DNA of 64,000 nt from Eledone cirrhosa (taxonomy: Eukaryota). Under the pieces are notes generated by a model that was not told where the DNA came from, made no database searches, and saw nothing but the letters and a program-made list of their open reading frames with translations. Shown here piece after piece: positions 12,035 through 27,625 of this stretch (the first letter of the stretch is position 1; every line of letters starts with the position of its first letter). Both the position numbers and the translations under genes were made by a program. The stretch lies in assembly GCA_964016885.1 (NCBI GenBank), contig OZ024741.1, positions 99,572,001 through 99,636,000 on the forward strand, given 5' to 3'.

Positions 12035-12452
12035 TTAACCTTTTCAATACCAACTCACCCGCACCTACCTATAGATTTATAATATAAAACCTCTGAATGT
12101 TCTTAGTTAAAATTACAGTGGAATTTTTTTAATTTAAACAAGAGCTGTTTGTTCAGATATAGTCTTAACACCATCTTAATAATGAAAGCATCACTTATAC
12201 TAGATCCTTTTAAATACTTGTTGTTCTTCTTCACCCACTTATTCCTGAGAGGGTCGTGGGGGCAGTCATCAAACTCTCCTTCCAACCGGTCCTAATCAGA
12301 AGCAACCATCTTCAACTGATCCAACGGGATCCCCAAGCATGACCAGCCAAGCCCATGGATGTTATCCAACTAAAAACTTGTTTATATTCAAAATATATTG
12401 TAACACATGGATAGTGTATTTTTCATTAGAAATATAGTGACAAAAAGATTAA
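12035..12452 (+). mobile_element. piggyBac-type MITE family B, interrupted by an RTE fragment
   Basis: TTAACCTTTTCAATACCAAC...AGAAATATAGTGACAAAAAGATTAA termini. Family also at ~19007, 22905, 38594, 41184, 42735, 49571, 52898, 56168. Confidence 0.7.
12216..12375 (-). mobile_element. RTE-clade (Expander/REX3-like) LINE 3' tip
   Basis: Minus strand reads LDNIHGLGWSCLGIPLDQLKMVASD*DR..(frameshift)..LPPRPSQE*; imperfect TSD ACTTGTT on both sides. Confidence 0.75.
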
Positions 12453-14244
12453 ATAAATAAAAAGGCACATTAGATAATGTGGTCCTAGAGTTGTTCTAAT
12501 GTTGTCCTGGGGATAGTCATGGCAGGAATTCTTTTGATCATAGATAGACCATACCAGAGTAGACATAGGGGCTAAACAACAACAGCAACAACTTAGGACA
12601 TTTCAACACATTAAGAAGGTCCTAGACATACTCCTAAAAAGATAAAATGGATGGTTATAGCTGGAATTCCTTTGATTGTAGTTTAATTGGTTCAGAGTAG
12701 ACAAGAGCAGGGGTGTCTAAACAGCACCATCAATAATATTTATTTGTTTCACATATTAATAAAGTAATAATAATGAAGCAGCAGCTGTCTGTCAGTCTGT
12801 CTGTCCATCCATCAGTCCTGCTCACTGAGGTTGAACCATATTAGCTTTCCAAACCATTACACGACTAATTAAGCTTTTAATTACTGATGAGATTCAGAGA
12901 ATAACAATGTTTCTGCTTGGAGACATCTGTCACTTATCTGATTGTTATATTGTTTAAATTAATTAATAATTTTTTATCTGCAGCAAGCTCTACAGAAATC
13001 ATAGAACATTTTTTTATATTGTTCCACTGTACCCTAAGGTTTTTGTTGTTGCTGCTGCTGTTGTTGTTGTTATTGTTCAGCCCCAAGTCAACTCTGCTTG
13101 AACATACCTATGATCAAAGACATTCTAACTATAATTTTAACATCTTTTCAGAGATTATCTAATGTGTCCTTTCTTTATCTAAGACATTAGGGGAGATTTT
13201 TCACTACTGTTAACAGATAAAATGATCATATAGAGTCTCTTGTTGACTCGTCTATATTCTATCCAGTGTCGGTGATATTTGGCCCCAAGTCAGTCATGAT
13301 CCACCAGTCTGCATTTGCAAAACTGTTTGACTCATCATAAAACACATTTATGGAGTATTAAAAATGGAATTTCATGCATTTTAGTGTTAAACACAAAACT
13401 CAATGTCCGTAAACCTATATTTAGTCTGATTAATCTTGCTTTACTGATAAGGTTGCCTGGTTTCACTGAAATATTTCCTAAGCTTGGATCTTGGTACCAA
13501 AACTTATTGTAGTACGCAGTAGTGAAAATAAAATAAAAAGGGGGTGTACTCAAAACAACAACAAGCAGTTTAAGAACATTTTCTCTGCTAAAGCCAGAGT
13601 GACAGTTTGCCTATTCAATCAGGTTTTAGAATATTGAAAAAGAGTTGTGTATACTTTTTTACCAGTATATTATGCATATTTAAATGTGTGTGTTTGTGAG
13701 TCAGTCAGTATATATATGACTGTATACCTTATGTGTAGGTGGCATAGTTTGTCATTGTCGGATTATTAGTAGTTATAGTTGGAATTATATTATTTATAAC
13801 TTTGAGATGAGTGTTTTTTCAACAGATAATGTTATTTCAATAGCAAAAGATCTTTATATTTCATTGTAGCTAAGCAACACTTAATTCTCTGACATGGCCA
13901 TCCAGCATGTTGCACCTGCATATATAATATCAGTAATCACTAACAAGTAAATTGTAGATGTTTGGTTTAATGGATTTAGCAGTTATCTAGAACCCCCTTC
14001 TCTTTCTCTGCATATGTATAGGTGGATTGCTTATGTATATCATGAGATGGCCATAGTTAAAAAAAGGTACTCAATATGTTAGTAGAGTGTAGGCATTTTA
14101 TTTTATTATAGAAATGACTTCTACAAGACTAAAACTCTGTGTGTGTGTATATATATATATATATTATCTGAACATGTATTATCATATGACCACCATAAAC
14201 ATGAACATTTTAGTTAGAAAGAAAAAAATAATTTCAGCATATAG

Positions 14245-14610
14245 AATGATTTTTCTCATTTAGGCACAAGGCCAGCAATTTGAGGGAAGTCGATTATATT
14301 GACCCCCAATACTTTAATGGTACTATTTTATTGACCCCAGATGAATAAAAAGTAAAGCTGACTTCAGTAGGATTTGAATTCAGAACATAAAAGGCTGGAA
14401 CAAATACTGCAAAGCATTTTGTCAAATACCGTAACAATTCTGCCAATCCACCACCCTGACAGTGATAATGATAGAAATGGTTTCTAGGTTAGGCAAAGGC
14501 CAACAATTAGGAGGGTGGGGGGGGGGGGGTCAACTACATTCACCCCCTAGTACTTAACTGGTACTTTATTTTATCAACCCCAGAAAGATGAAAGTCAAAG
14601 CTGACCAGGA
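14245..14610 (-). mobile_element. Two adjacent degraded SINE family A copies
   Basis: TTAGGCACAAGGCCAGCAATT...GGTACT..TTTATTGACCCCAG motifs occur twice. Confidence 0.75.
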
Positions 14611-15026
14611 CAAGATCACTATAACTAAAATACTATTGGGCACTTTGTCCTACCCTCTAATGATTTTCCCATATATATATATAAAACAATCTTCACTATC
14701 ACTCAAATTGAATATGACTTGGTAGTAGCATCCACTATATGTTTTACTAATGTTTTTGAGGTGGCCATGTAGCCTAGTCGCAAGCAGACAATAACACCAT
14801 CTGGACTTTTGACCCATTGGAACCTCTGGATTCATAGAATAACTAAAGGCAAAACTGACCATTGGGAAATTCAAACTCTGAATATAATGAGCCTGAAGAA
14901 ACACCCATAAAACATTTTTTCTTTTTTTGTCTAACACTTTATTTTATCAATCCTGGGAGGATGAAAGACAAAGAAATGATTCTGCCATTATATTATGTTT
15001 ATTTCTCTTACTCTCACTCACACACA

Positions 15027-16891
<1,865 letters not shown>

Positions 16892-17224
16892 AGTGGGAAT
16901 TCCAGGAAGTTACCAGTCTGATGCAGTTCTTGACATGAAAAGATTAGGCTAGAAATTTCAGAAATGCCTTTAGTTAATAAGCAAGAGTGTGTATTTGATA
17001 GATTGTGTGCTCAGTGCATCAAGTGGGTTTTAGTGAATATAGCATAATTAGTAATTTCTGAACTTGTGTTAAAGAGAGGCACTGGGATAGACACAATTGG
17101 ACAGTGTAACGCTAGGTTGAAGAAAATATGTTTTAGAGACCAACGTACTCCAAGAATTTTCAATTATCGTAATAATTGTATAAGTAGTAGAAACAAGATT
17201 TTGTATATACCTAATACTAGTGTT

Positions 17225-17430
17225 AAGGTACATGGCCTAGTGGTTTCGATTCGAACCTGTTGTATTCTTGAGCAAAACACTTCATTTTATGTTGCTCTAT
17301 GCTCTAGTCCACAGCTGAAAATGTGTATCAGCTGTAGCTGGGGTTGACCCTGCAATGGCTTGATGTCATGTGTGGAATTAAGATAAGCTCCGGCCTAATG
17401 CACCTCAAGGCCAGGGACAGACTTTAACAT
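17225..17430 (+). mobile_element. SINE family C, internally deleted
   Basis: TGGCCTAGTGG...TTCGATTC...GTATTCTTGAGCAAAACACTTCATTTTATGTTGCTC. Confidence 0.7.
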
Positions 17431-19006
17431 TTTAACTTTATCTAATGCAAGTTAACAAGGTAGACATTGTGTTGTCTATTGACTTGCTAGAAATAACAAT
17501 CATATTTCTCAGAAATCATACCCTATTGCCTTAAAAGAAATATGACACCACGCCAAAAAAAGATTGAGCTACTTACAATTGGAACAGCTTTGACTCTATG
17601 TTTGCTTGATCATAACAGCCCTTGGCTAAACAGCAATCAATGATTTAAATCAACAAGGATGTTCCTATGTGGTTTCTTAGTAAAAATAGCAAGCACAACA
17701 TCCACCATCCCCAACTACATCCTACCACCTTTAAAAAAAAAGCCCATACAAGATAATTTAGTCCTAGAAAGAAAATATACGCAGTGTTCAAACCCAATTG
17801 CTCATAAGTTTGGTAGATCAAGACTAAGTATCAAGAATTAATTTCATATTTTCATACCATCTCGGGTAGTTAATTGGCCAAATCAATAGAACAACATACA
17901 AAATGTATTTGCAGTATTTGTTTTAACTTTTTATATTCCAAATTCGAATCCTGCCAAGGTTAACATTGCCTTTCATCGTTCTAGGGTTGATAAAATAAAG
18001 TGTGCTGGAGTCAATTTGACCAATCCATCCCTGCCAAATTGTTGGCCTTGTATCTATCTTAGAATTTATATTTTCATATGGAAAAAAGAAGAAAATTAAA
18101 TTTACAGAAGTTTAGCTGGCCTCATAAGAGGTTCCTTGTGTGTCTCAATGATAGGGGTCTCAGTCCTAGTATGAAAAGAACAAGAAATAAAGCATTTTGT
18201 TTGCTCAAGAACAGAATTGAACCTACAATTAGTGAGAATAATACCACTTTCACATGTTATATATTTATCTTATGTGTTGACAGAGAAACAATACAGAATC
18301 TGAACCAAAATTAAATGCTTGATTCAACCTTTGTATTTACTATTCCTTTATCTCTTATATCCTCTCAAATCACCTAAATTTAAGTAGGAAGAAAGCCTTA
18401 CACCAGCTGTTGTCATCTCCTCTAAATAGCATGGGAAGTGACTTTTGGTTTTCAGAATACACATGATCATATCTAAAAGCTTATTAGTACTAAAATTGTT
18501 AAGGGAGGTTGGTTGATGGTTTTGTTTATGTAAAGCTTTTGAATATAATTTCTAGTTCCAATGATTTTTATTATTGTTGGTGTTATTGGTGGTATTTTTT
18601 TTCTTTGTTTTTTCAAATCAAATATATCTCCCTTAAGCCATTAGCATTCAAATTGGCAAAATACAGCTACTGTGAAGTCAGCGCTATTTGTTTAAACACA
18701 GTCATATCCAGTTCTATTGACATGTTACCTTTCATAATAAGAAGAAAAAAAAGAAAGAAAAAATATCCACTACATCACATAGGAAATCACGCTTTTTTTT
18801 TGTTTTGTTAGTTTTATTATTTCTTTATTATTTTTTGTATCTAACACCATTAGTATTATGAACGATAAAGCAGGCATTTAAAAAAAGTATTTATTATCTG
18901 ATGATTTTTTTTCTTCATCATCACTCTATTTGTTCCATGCTAACAGGTATTATAAAGTGGCCCTGTGTATTGAGATTTTTTTTATTTATATTGTTAAAGC
19001 TGGATT

Positions 19007-19377
19007 TTAACCCTTGTGATCCTAAATTGCCTCAAACCACCTAGTTCTACAATAATAATAAAAAAAAAAACTGCTTTAACTCTACCATTTACATTACTCT
19101 ATATATACTATTGTATTTTCACTGTAAAGGTTTTATTTCTCATATCTCACATGATATTGAATCTATGAGATTTTGATATTATTTATTTTGAGAATATATC
19201 TTAACATCTGTAGAAGTGGCCAGTTATAGCCAGTTTGAACAGAAAGAGGTTAAATACCAACCTAATAATTAGAGAATTAATGTTATATTACTAAACCCCT
19301 CCAAATGCTTATTTTCAAAATTATTTGAAAATTATCAGCAGTGTCTTTCATTAGAAATATGGTAATGATAGGGTTAA
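19007..19377. mobile_element. MITE family B (TTAA ends) containing a truncated MITE family A (19076-19253)
   Basis: TTAACCCTTGTGAT...GGTAATGATAGGGTTAA; the inner segment matches the 41375-41577 family on the minus strand and is TTAA-bounded. Confidence 0.7.
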
Positions 19378-19662
19378 AGGTTTGCTGAACCACAGGGGAG
19401 GAAGTAATACTGCATGTGATCCATGCTTCTATTCACTGAGGGAAGGGAAATACTATGAGGTTTGCCAAAGATTGCAACATAACAGTACTATTATTCTAAT
19501 TTACCAAGACAAAGGAAACTAGAGGAGTCACAATTACCACAGACATTTTATTGTGCATTTTGGGCTATATACTTAATTCTACCTGCCCCACATTACCTAG
19601 CCATTATGAATTCTCTGTTCTTGTGTGTAATTGAGCTGTGCACATCTTTTTTCTTTCTGACT

Positions 19663-19920
19663 CATCATCATCACCGTTTTACATCCATTCTTCCACGCTA
19701 GCATGGGTTAGACGAGTTGTCCTGTTGTGGGCAGTGTCCGGTCGGCTGATTCTGGCTTGATTTCTACAGCTAGATTACCTTCCTAACACCAACCTCATTT
19801 ACAGTGAGTGTTGGATGCTTTTTTTCCGTGGCGCCTACATGTCAACTTTACAGTGTGGGCTGGGTGCTTTTTTGCTGTGGCACCTCCACGATCACTTTGC
19901 AGTGGGAGGGTGTGGAGGCA
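19663..19920 (-). mobile_element. RTE 3' UTR / RTE-tailed SINE fragment
   Basis: Reverse complement matches the 31040-31370 tail (GTTGGTGTTAGGAAGG..AGCTGTAGAAA..CCCATGCTAGCGTGGAA..GATGATGATG). Other pieces ~23210, 28436, 33150, 36960, 39285, 49030, 59275. Confidence 0.75.
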
Positions 19921-20740
19921 TATTGTCTATATGCTTCAGCATATATTATTAATGTCCATTTGCTTTGTTGATTGTATATGACTTATAATTACAATATCCC
20001 AGTTACTCTGAGCTCATTTTCAATAGTTATAGATAACCTGGGCACATCAGCTTTAATGCATTGTTGTCCTCTCTGGGAAGAGATTTCTTTCATATTTGCT
20101 TAATGCTGTCATATAGTATCAAAGCTAAAAACTGGCACTCAGCCTATCAGACTGACCTCTAGCAGTATTTCTGTTTTATTTACTAAAAGAAGAAATAAAT
20201 AATTCTCTAACCTCAGTTAAGAAAACCACACATAATGACACGAGTTTTACTAACCCAGCACTTTAACTGCTCAGCCATTGCACCATTCTCTAAATAAATA
20301 AACAAAGGGAAAATGCTGTTAGACAGATTGCTCTATTTATCATTAAAAATACTACAGCAACATTAAATTTTATATTTTACACATGAGAAATTTAAAGAAA
20401 AAAGAAACATTTTTAGAAATAAAATAAAAATTCTGAACTAAAAGCATAAAAATATCAGGAAAATTACTAATATGGAGACAAATAATATTTGTTTTAAGTT
20501 TTCAATAAAGGAGACCCTTTGTTCACAGTTTGGTCTTAATTGCTTTGTTGCTGTAAATTGGGAATAACCATAAACATTACCCACATGTCTCACAAAACCT
20601 TATTAATAATATACGTGTTGCAGCACTTGTGTTCAAAGAACTAACACAAAAGTATGCAGACTTTAAACACAAAAAATTTAATATTGTAACTATTCTCACT
20701 TTATCTAGACTGAAATAAAGTCACATAATGCATGTCACAC

Positions 20741-20932
20741 ACTCTCTCTCTCGCTCTCCCTCTCTCACTCTCCCTTTCGCTCTCGCTCTCCCTTTCGCTC
20801 TCCCTCTCCCTTTCGCTCTCCCTCTCTCGCTCTCCCTCTCTCTGCGCTCGCTCTCGCTCTCTCTCTCTCTCTCTTGCTCTCTCTCTCTTGCTCTCCCCCC
20901 TCTATCTCTCTCTCTCTCTCTCATTCTCCCCC

Positions 20933-20980
<48 letters not shown>

Positions 20981-20992
20981 CTCCCCCCTCTA

Positions 20993-21028
<36 letters not shown>
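20741..21028 (+). repeat. (CT)-rich compound microsatellite followed by (AT)n
   Basis: Direct inspection. Confidence 0.95.
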
Positions 21029-21033
<5 letters not shown>

Positions 21034-21371
21034 CACTCTTGTTTTATCACACATGCTAACATACTGCAGATTATTATTGAACTGAATGGCTCTATCAAGT
21101 GTTACTAATGGTGGATGACTATTACATCAACCCTTTGACAGGAGTGGCTGTAAATAACCCTTTCAGATATAAAGCAGTATTTTAAAGTTATACTACCTGC
21201 CTAAGTTAGTGTGACTTCATATTTTGTCACTGATGCTGTTATTTGGAAAAAGGGGGCACAGTTGACCAAGGAGATGTCTGATCCTCAGCCAAGGGACAGA
21301 CAGTTCTGACCATGATTATGATATGTTTAATAAATGTAAATAGGAGCAGTGTAAAATGTATAATTATTTCA

Positions 21372-21645
21372 TGCTATGACATGTTCTCCACCTCCAACTT
21401 AGCTGCTTCAGTCACAAACCCCAGTACTGTGGCCCATAAGGTCAGGAAGACAAACAAATATTGAGGTTTGTCAGGCTGCTTCCTCTTTGCATCTGTCACC
21501 GTCAAGACCTCAAGCATCCTTGGACCCTGTGAAATCGAAATGTCAGCAGCCCATCTAAGGAAGGAGTTCCATGAGAGGGTTGCTATTGCAGCAGGTATCA
21601 TCATCCATTGTCCACAGCAATGCCTTTGCAGTTTTGTCTACGAGG
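21372..21645 (+). pseudogene. CRE-clade non-LTR retrotransposon relic (restriction-like endonuclease C-terminus)
   Basis: CYDMFSTSNLAASVTNPSTVAHK..RKTNKY*GLSGCFLFASVTVKTSSILGP..(frameshift)..SIVHSNAFAVLST follows the CRE motif order C.DT...A..AE..K..KY...F.P.A.ETSG..G...S.A..RGNA. Confidence 0.7.
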
Positions 21646-23280
21646 CACAACCGAAACACCATACGAATCCATGTGTAGAGGCTGTCACCTTCTATTTCTT
21701 CCATTGCTTAATAGTCTTTGCTTTTTCCTTCCCTTCTCATTTATGGCATTTATAGTCCTTTACTTTACTTTCCTATACAGCCAGATCTCCCCTTCTTTAC
21801 CCCTTCCCCCTTTTTTCATTACTTAATTTTGTTTTTATCCTTTTTTCAATATTTCTATTATTGTATAACTTTTGTTTGTAAAATGTCTTAATTATAAACT
21901 TATAAACTATTATCTTAATTTAAAAAAAAGAATTCATTAACATGCAGCACCAAGTTCAAATTTTCTACAACCCCAGGCCAAGATGTAGTTAGTTGCTTGT
22001 ATTATGATCCTCTTTCAATGAATTGTATGACAAAATCTTGACTCTATTTATGAGCAATGAAGCTGGTTTTGGTCAAGACCTTAAAGATTTGGCCAATTGC
22101 ACACATATTTATTTTATTAAATGCCTCCAAATGTTAGGTTATTTTCAAAATTAATCCAAACATATAGATGGGCATTATAAAAAAACAATGTTCTTCAGAA
22201 GATTATAAATTGAAGATTCTTTAAATAAGATTTTCTTATTCAAGTAATCTTTGTTTGGATATAGTGTCCCTTAGAATAATACTTTTATCAAATGCCTCCA
22301 TAGAATATATACTTATGATGTCAATCAAGTCCTAAAGGTACTGCTTAAATCAAAACTTGGCTTCCAAACCCATTTGCAAAATTTAACAGGTCCAAAATAA
22401 GTTAAAAATTAAACATAGGCAAAGAAAACTAGTTTGTGCATGCACTGGTGTAAAATGTTTTTAGCTTTTAACATTCAAAAGACTTTTAGATGGTTTGTTA
22501 GCTGTTAGAAGCAATGGCATAGAAAGATTATTTTTTAGCAATAAATAGCTATTTCTAGAAAGAACATTTATCTTCAACTTGCTATTGTACTGATGGTGAA
22601 GAAATAATTATCTTCAGTAATGGAGTCAGTCTTGAAAGTTTTGAGAACAATTTCATCTCAGTTACAAAGAAATCTAAAACTAAATTGGTCTTTTAAATAG
22701 AACTAGCATACAAGTGAGATCTATAATGCATTGCTGTGATTTATGTCTTATACTGGATATCTATTTACAGGTAATCAGGCTTTCTAAAATAGAACTTCAC
22801 GCCATGGTTAATTTAACTTAATACATATATCTCACATATACATTGTGAAGTAGAAGAGTGCGATTGTAGTTGACCTTCCAAATACATACTGTAGGAAGTA
22901 ATACCATATTTCTAACTTAATACACCACCTTTCAGTTAATTTTGAAAATAACCAAACATTTGAAGGAGTTTAATAAAATAACTAAGTTTTTCATTAGTTA
23001 GCTGATATTTAAATATATTAGTAAGCTGATTTACTCTAAGCAGTTTAGTATCATAAGTTCAGGCTGGTTTCAGGTAGTTTGATATTTAACGGGTAGACAA
23101 ATGGGCAATTTTTCTTGAGGATATGTAAGGTCATTGAAATTCATTCCAGTATATTGCTGAAATTTATTTTATTTATCAAGGTCTGGCAAGATGAAAAATA
23201 TATTTAACATCCATGGTAGTGTGGAAGATGGACATTAAACGATGATAATGATCTATAGAACAAAAGTGAATGAAACCAAA

Positions 23281-23472
23281 TAATTGTTTCTACTTTTGGC
23301 ACAAGGCCAGCAAATATCCAGTGCATTACTGGTACTTTATTTTATCGACCCCGTAAGGATGAAAGGCAAAGTTAACCTTGGCGGGATTTGAACTCAGACC
23401 ATAAAGGGCCGTAACTCTTTGCTGCAAAGCATAGCGTCAGACCCTCTACCGATACTGCCAATCCACTGCCTT
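23281..23472 (-). mobile_element. SINE family A (short, young) with 14-bp TSD
   Basis: TSD TGAAACCAAATAAT at 23271-23284 and 23473-23486. Confidence 0.93.
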
Positions 23473-25164
23473 TGAAACCAAATAATACTGTTAATATATT
23501 TACTCTGAAGATGTATCACTTCTGCTAACACACAGTTCTGAGTTCAAAACAATATAGTCATCTAATTGCTCTGAAGATATTTGGCATAGGTGATAGCAAA
23601 AGTCAGAGATCAAATGCTAACCTGACAATCCCAAAATAGGAATTTCAAAATTTAAAATGATAAACGTTACATTTTGCCTCTGTTTTTAAACCCCACCAAG
23701 TGTCTCTCTTAAACAAAACAGTCTACTTATGATAGTGAAATATGCCATCCAAATTACTTTGCTGTTAAACGATAAAAAAAAAATAGAAATGTCATTCAGA
23801 ATTCTGAATCTCTAGGACTCGTGGTAAAAATATATAATGAGGTAGAAGAAAACAAAGATTAAGTAATAAAACAGTTACATATGAAGACAGTGACACAAAC
23901 TGTTATTTTTATGTAAAGTAAATTAATCTCCATCTTGCGATAGAATTTCTTGGGGTTAATAGAATTAGGAAGGTCTGGAAAAGTTTGATAAATTCAGTAG
24001 CTGTTGGGAGTGTGAAATCTAACGTTTCATGTCCTTTCCCATTGGCTGACTATGAAGACCTTAGATTTAAACCTTGCTCTTGCCCTTTCATTGCCTGTGA
24101 AAACCATGATTACATACAAACCTTCTGTTACAATTTTTTGTAAGAACTGTTTAAGTTAAGTTCAAAATACCAACTTAAATAACAAGAAGTTAACTATATT
24201 ATTAGTAAATGTCTTCTATTTTTTATTTATTTTAAAAATTGATTGCAAATCATTGGCATTGACTTTCATTAGAAATAAAGTAAAACAAATGGTTAACAAT
24301 TAGACTCTAGCAACTCTGGTCTATGGAGTCCCACCTAATTTTCTTCCAGCTCATATACTCAGATCACACCATATTTTACTCCACCACCACAGCTACACTC
24401 ACTATACACAACACCATCTAATACCACATCCAACAATTCATATCAGTATGCATATATACCCATTTGCTTATGTGTATGTGTCAGATCTCTGAGTATAAAG
24501 TCTTACTGGAACGCCTGAAAAAACAAATAACAACCTTTACATGAATGTTCAATATGCTAGAAAATACAACCAAATCTCTCAAAAATCACACATTACCTGC
24601 TTTAAAAAGGAGACATTGGCGAAAGTATTTTACAAGGTGGGAGGGGGGGGTGCTATGTCTGAAAAATAACAAGCTAGGGCTAAACAACAACCACCCTACA
24701 CATCATCTGCCTATTCCCCACAAAATCTTACTACTTTTAACCCCCCCCTACCCATCGTTATCTTTTCCCACCAACCTTCTATTGCTCTACACCCACAACA
24801 CTACTCCCAATACTATTGACAATTTATCTTTAACCCTTTAAGCCTTAATATGACTTAACCGAGCCACCACTATTATTACAGTACAATACATACCCCCCCC
24901 CCCATTTCCACAGCCACCAAACTTCCACAATCACTACTATTACTACACTTATCACTGCTGCCTTTCAACTGAGCTGGCTGACCTAATACTATACGTATGT
25001 TAACATATAACTTCCACCATGGAACATTTCCTGTATCAGCTGTTGACCAGAGATCACAAATTTCACACCTCCTCATTAGTGATTATTTTAACATGCAGTT
25101 GAACCCTCCCTGCTTCTGTCAGCATTGCACCCCTTTCACCAGTAGCAAGTATTTTATTTACTAT

Positions 25165-25430
25165 TTGGCTAGTGGTAAGGGCGTTGGACTTACAATCATA
25201 ATGTTGTGCAATCAATTCCTGGGTTGCATGTTGTGTTCTTGAGCCAAACACTTCATTTTACGTTGCTCCAGTATACTCAGCTAAAAATAAGTACCAGCAA
25301 TAGCTGGGGGTTTAACCTTGCGATGGACTGGCGTCATGTGCAGGGAGGAGTCTTGTACTCTGTCACTTCACGCCATGAAACCAGAATAAGCATCAGCCAA
25401 ATGAACGTTTTGGCTTACAGACTTTAGACT
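25165..25430 (+). mobile_element. SINE family C
   Basis: TGGCTAGTGGTAAGG..TCAATTCCTGGG..TGTGTTCTTGAGCCAAACACTTCATTTTACGTTGCTCCAGTATACTCAGCT. Confidence 0.8.
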
Positions 25431-26107
25431 AGACTGAGTATTTGTGCTTTGCTTGCCTCTACCATATCCATGATGGAGAATTCTCTACTCCTCCCTCAGC
25501 AATTTAGGAATTGAATCATGGCCCTATTATCAAGTCCTGTGCCAAGCTACACTTTACTGGTGTACATATAGTGTATGCTGTTGCTTGGCCCAAGATCGAA
25601 CACATATAATTGAAGACATTCCAGTCATGGCCGTTTGTTTTTGTTGTTTTTATATTTCCAGACATTGTATATATCTAACACTATATTATCAAACATGTGC
25701 TTCCTTCTCAGTAGTGTATGATTTGAGAAAGATTCGGCTGCTATATCTAACATGTTGAGTGAGCATCTAGAAGCTCCTTTCTTGGTTCATTTAGTGTTTG
25801 TTTACTATGATGATATGTGTAAAGACCACTTGTTGACAACATTCACTGCCCCTTGGTCTGTGATATTTTGCACCTAGTTCTCAGACCAAGATGTGCTAAC
25901 AACTACACTATAAAGAAAACATCTATTATTTTTTTTTGCCTTCTCAAAAGCAGCCAACCAGCCAGCCTCTGTCTCTCTCTTTGTGTTTGTTTTCACTTTG
26001 GGCTTGTTGCATTGAAATGAAGCATGCACCAGTGTATATGTGTGTTTGTGTTAGGGAGAAAAACTTGTGTGTTTGCAGTGTGGATGTGTTTAAGGAGAAA
26101 GTTTATG

Positions 26108-26144
<37 letters not shown>

Positions 26145-26264
26145 GTTTCAATTTCAATTTGTGTCTGTTATATACATACATACACTGAAAATTGTGTAAA
26201 TATTTGTATGTACATGTGTTGAGATATACCCTTTTCTCCTTCCACACTTTGTTCTTCCCTTTTT

Positions 26265-26981
26265 TTTCTCTTCCTCTTTCTCTTCCTCTTTCTCTTCCTC
26301 TTTCTCTTCCTCTTTCTCTTCCTCTCTTTCTCTTCCTCTCTTTCTCTTCCTCTCTTTCTCTTCCTCTCTTTCTCTTCCTCTCTTTCTCTTCCTCTCCTTC
26401 TCTTCCTCTCCTTCTCTTCCTCTCCTTCTCTTCCTCTCCTTCTCTTCCTCTCCTTCTCCACTCTCTCTCCACTCTCTCTCCACTCTCTCTCCACTCTCTC
26501 CCTCTCCACTCTCTCTCCACTCTCTCCCTCTCCACTCCCTCTCCACTCTCTCCCTCTCCACTCCCTCTCCACTCCCTCTCCACTCTCTCTCCACTCTCTC
26601 TCCACTCTCTCTCCACTCTCTCTCTCCACTCTCTCTCCACTCTCTCTCTCCACTCTCTCTCCACTCTCTCCCTCTCCACTCTCTCTCCACTCTCTCTCCA
26701 CTCTCTCTCTCTCCACTCTCTCTCTCTCCACTCTCTCTCTCCACTCTCTCTCTCCACTCTCTCTCTCCACTCTCTCTCTCTCTCTCCACTCTCTCTCTCA
26801 CCTCTCTCTCTCTCTCTCTCACCCCACACTCTCTCTCTCTCTCACCCCACACTCTCTCTCTCTCTCACCCCACACTCTCTCTCTCACCCCACACTCTCTC
26901 TCTCTCTCACCCCACACTCTCTCTCTCTCACCCCACACTCTCTCTCTCTCTCACCCCACACTCTCTCTCTCACCCCCTCTC
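26265..26981 (+). repeat. Compound pyrimidine minisatellite (TTCCTCTTTCTC, then CTCCACTCTCT, then CACCCCACACTCTCT)
   Basis: Three successive unit types. Confidence 0.95.
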
Positions 26982-27109
26982 TATTTGACATAGTTTAACC
27001 AATGACACATGCAGTATTTGATGACTTTAGTGAACAAAACAAACAAACAAATAAATAAATAAATATTTACACAGCCCATACAAATCCATCTATCATTCCA
27101 CTAATGACA

Positions 27110-27625
27110 TATGTAGTAGTGGCATGGTATTACTAGTGGTGCTGGTGTTGAAACCTGGTGTTGCTAGTGCTGGTAGTTGTAGTGGATTTGATTCCTAGTT
27201 GTGGTGGTGGTATTGAAATCTAGTTTTGGTAGTTGTGGTGGGGTAATTGTGATGGTAGTGTTGGTAGTTGTGGTGGGGGTAATTGTGATGGTAGTGTTGG
27301 TAATTGTGATGGTAGTGTTGGTAGTTGTGGTGTTGGTAATTGTGATGGTAGTGTTGGTAGTTGTGGTGTTGGTAATTGTGATGGTAGTGCTGGTAGTTGT
27401 GTGGTATTGATTTCTAGTTGTGGTGGTGGTATTGAAATCTAGTGTTGGTAGTTGTGGTGGTAGTGTTGGCAGTTGTGGTAGTAGTGTTGGTAGTTGTGGA
27501 GGTATTGATTTCTAGTGGTGGTGGTGGTGGTATTAAAATCTGGTGATGGTAGTTTTAGCAGTGTTGCTGGTATTGCTGGTGTAGGTAAGAGATGTTAGTG
27601 GTGGTGGTGGGAATGGCATTAGTGA
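27110..27625 (+). repeat. GT-rich degenerate minisatellite (GGTAGTTGTGGTGTTGGTAATTGTGATGGTAGTGTT)
   Basis: 18/36-bp periodicity at 27225-27400. Confidence 0.85.

Noticed and set aside
22750-22780. TTTACAG|GTAATC as a second recursive site; surrounding 22.0-22.9 kb as a transposase relic
   Set aside because: Weak pyrimidine tract and donor; translations gave no convincing motif.
25993-27442. E/R-rich and V/G/C-rich ORFs
   Set aside because: Tandem repeat translations, open in several frames.
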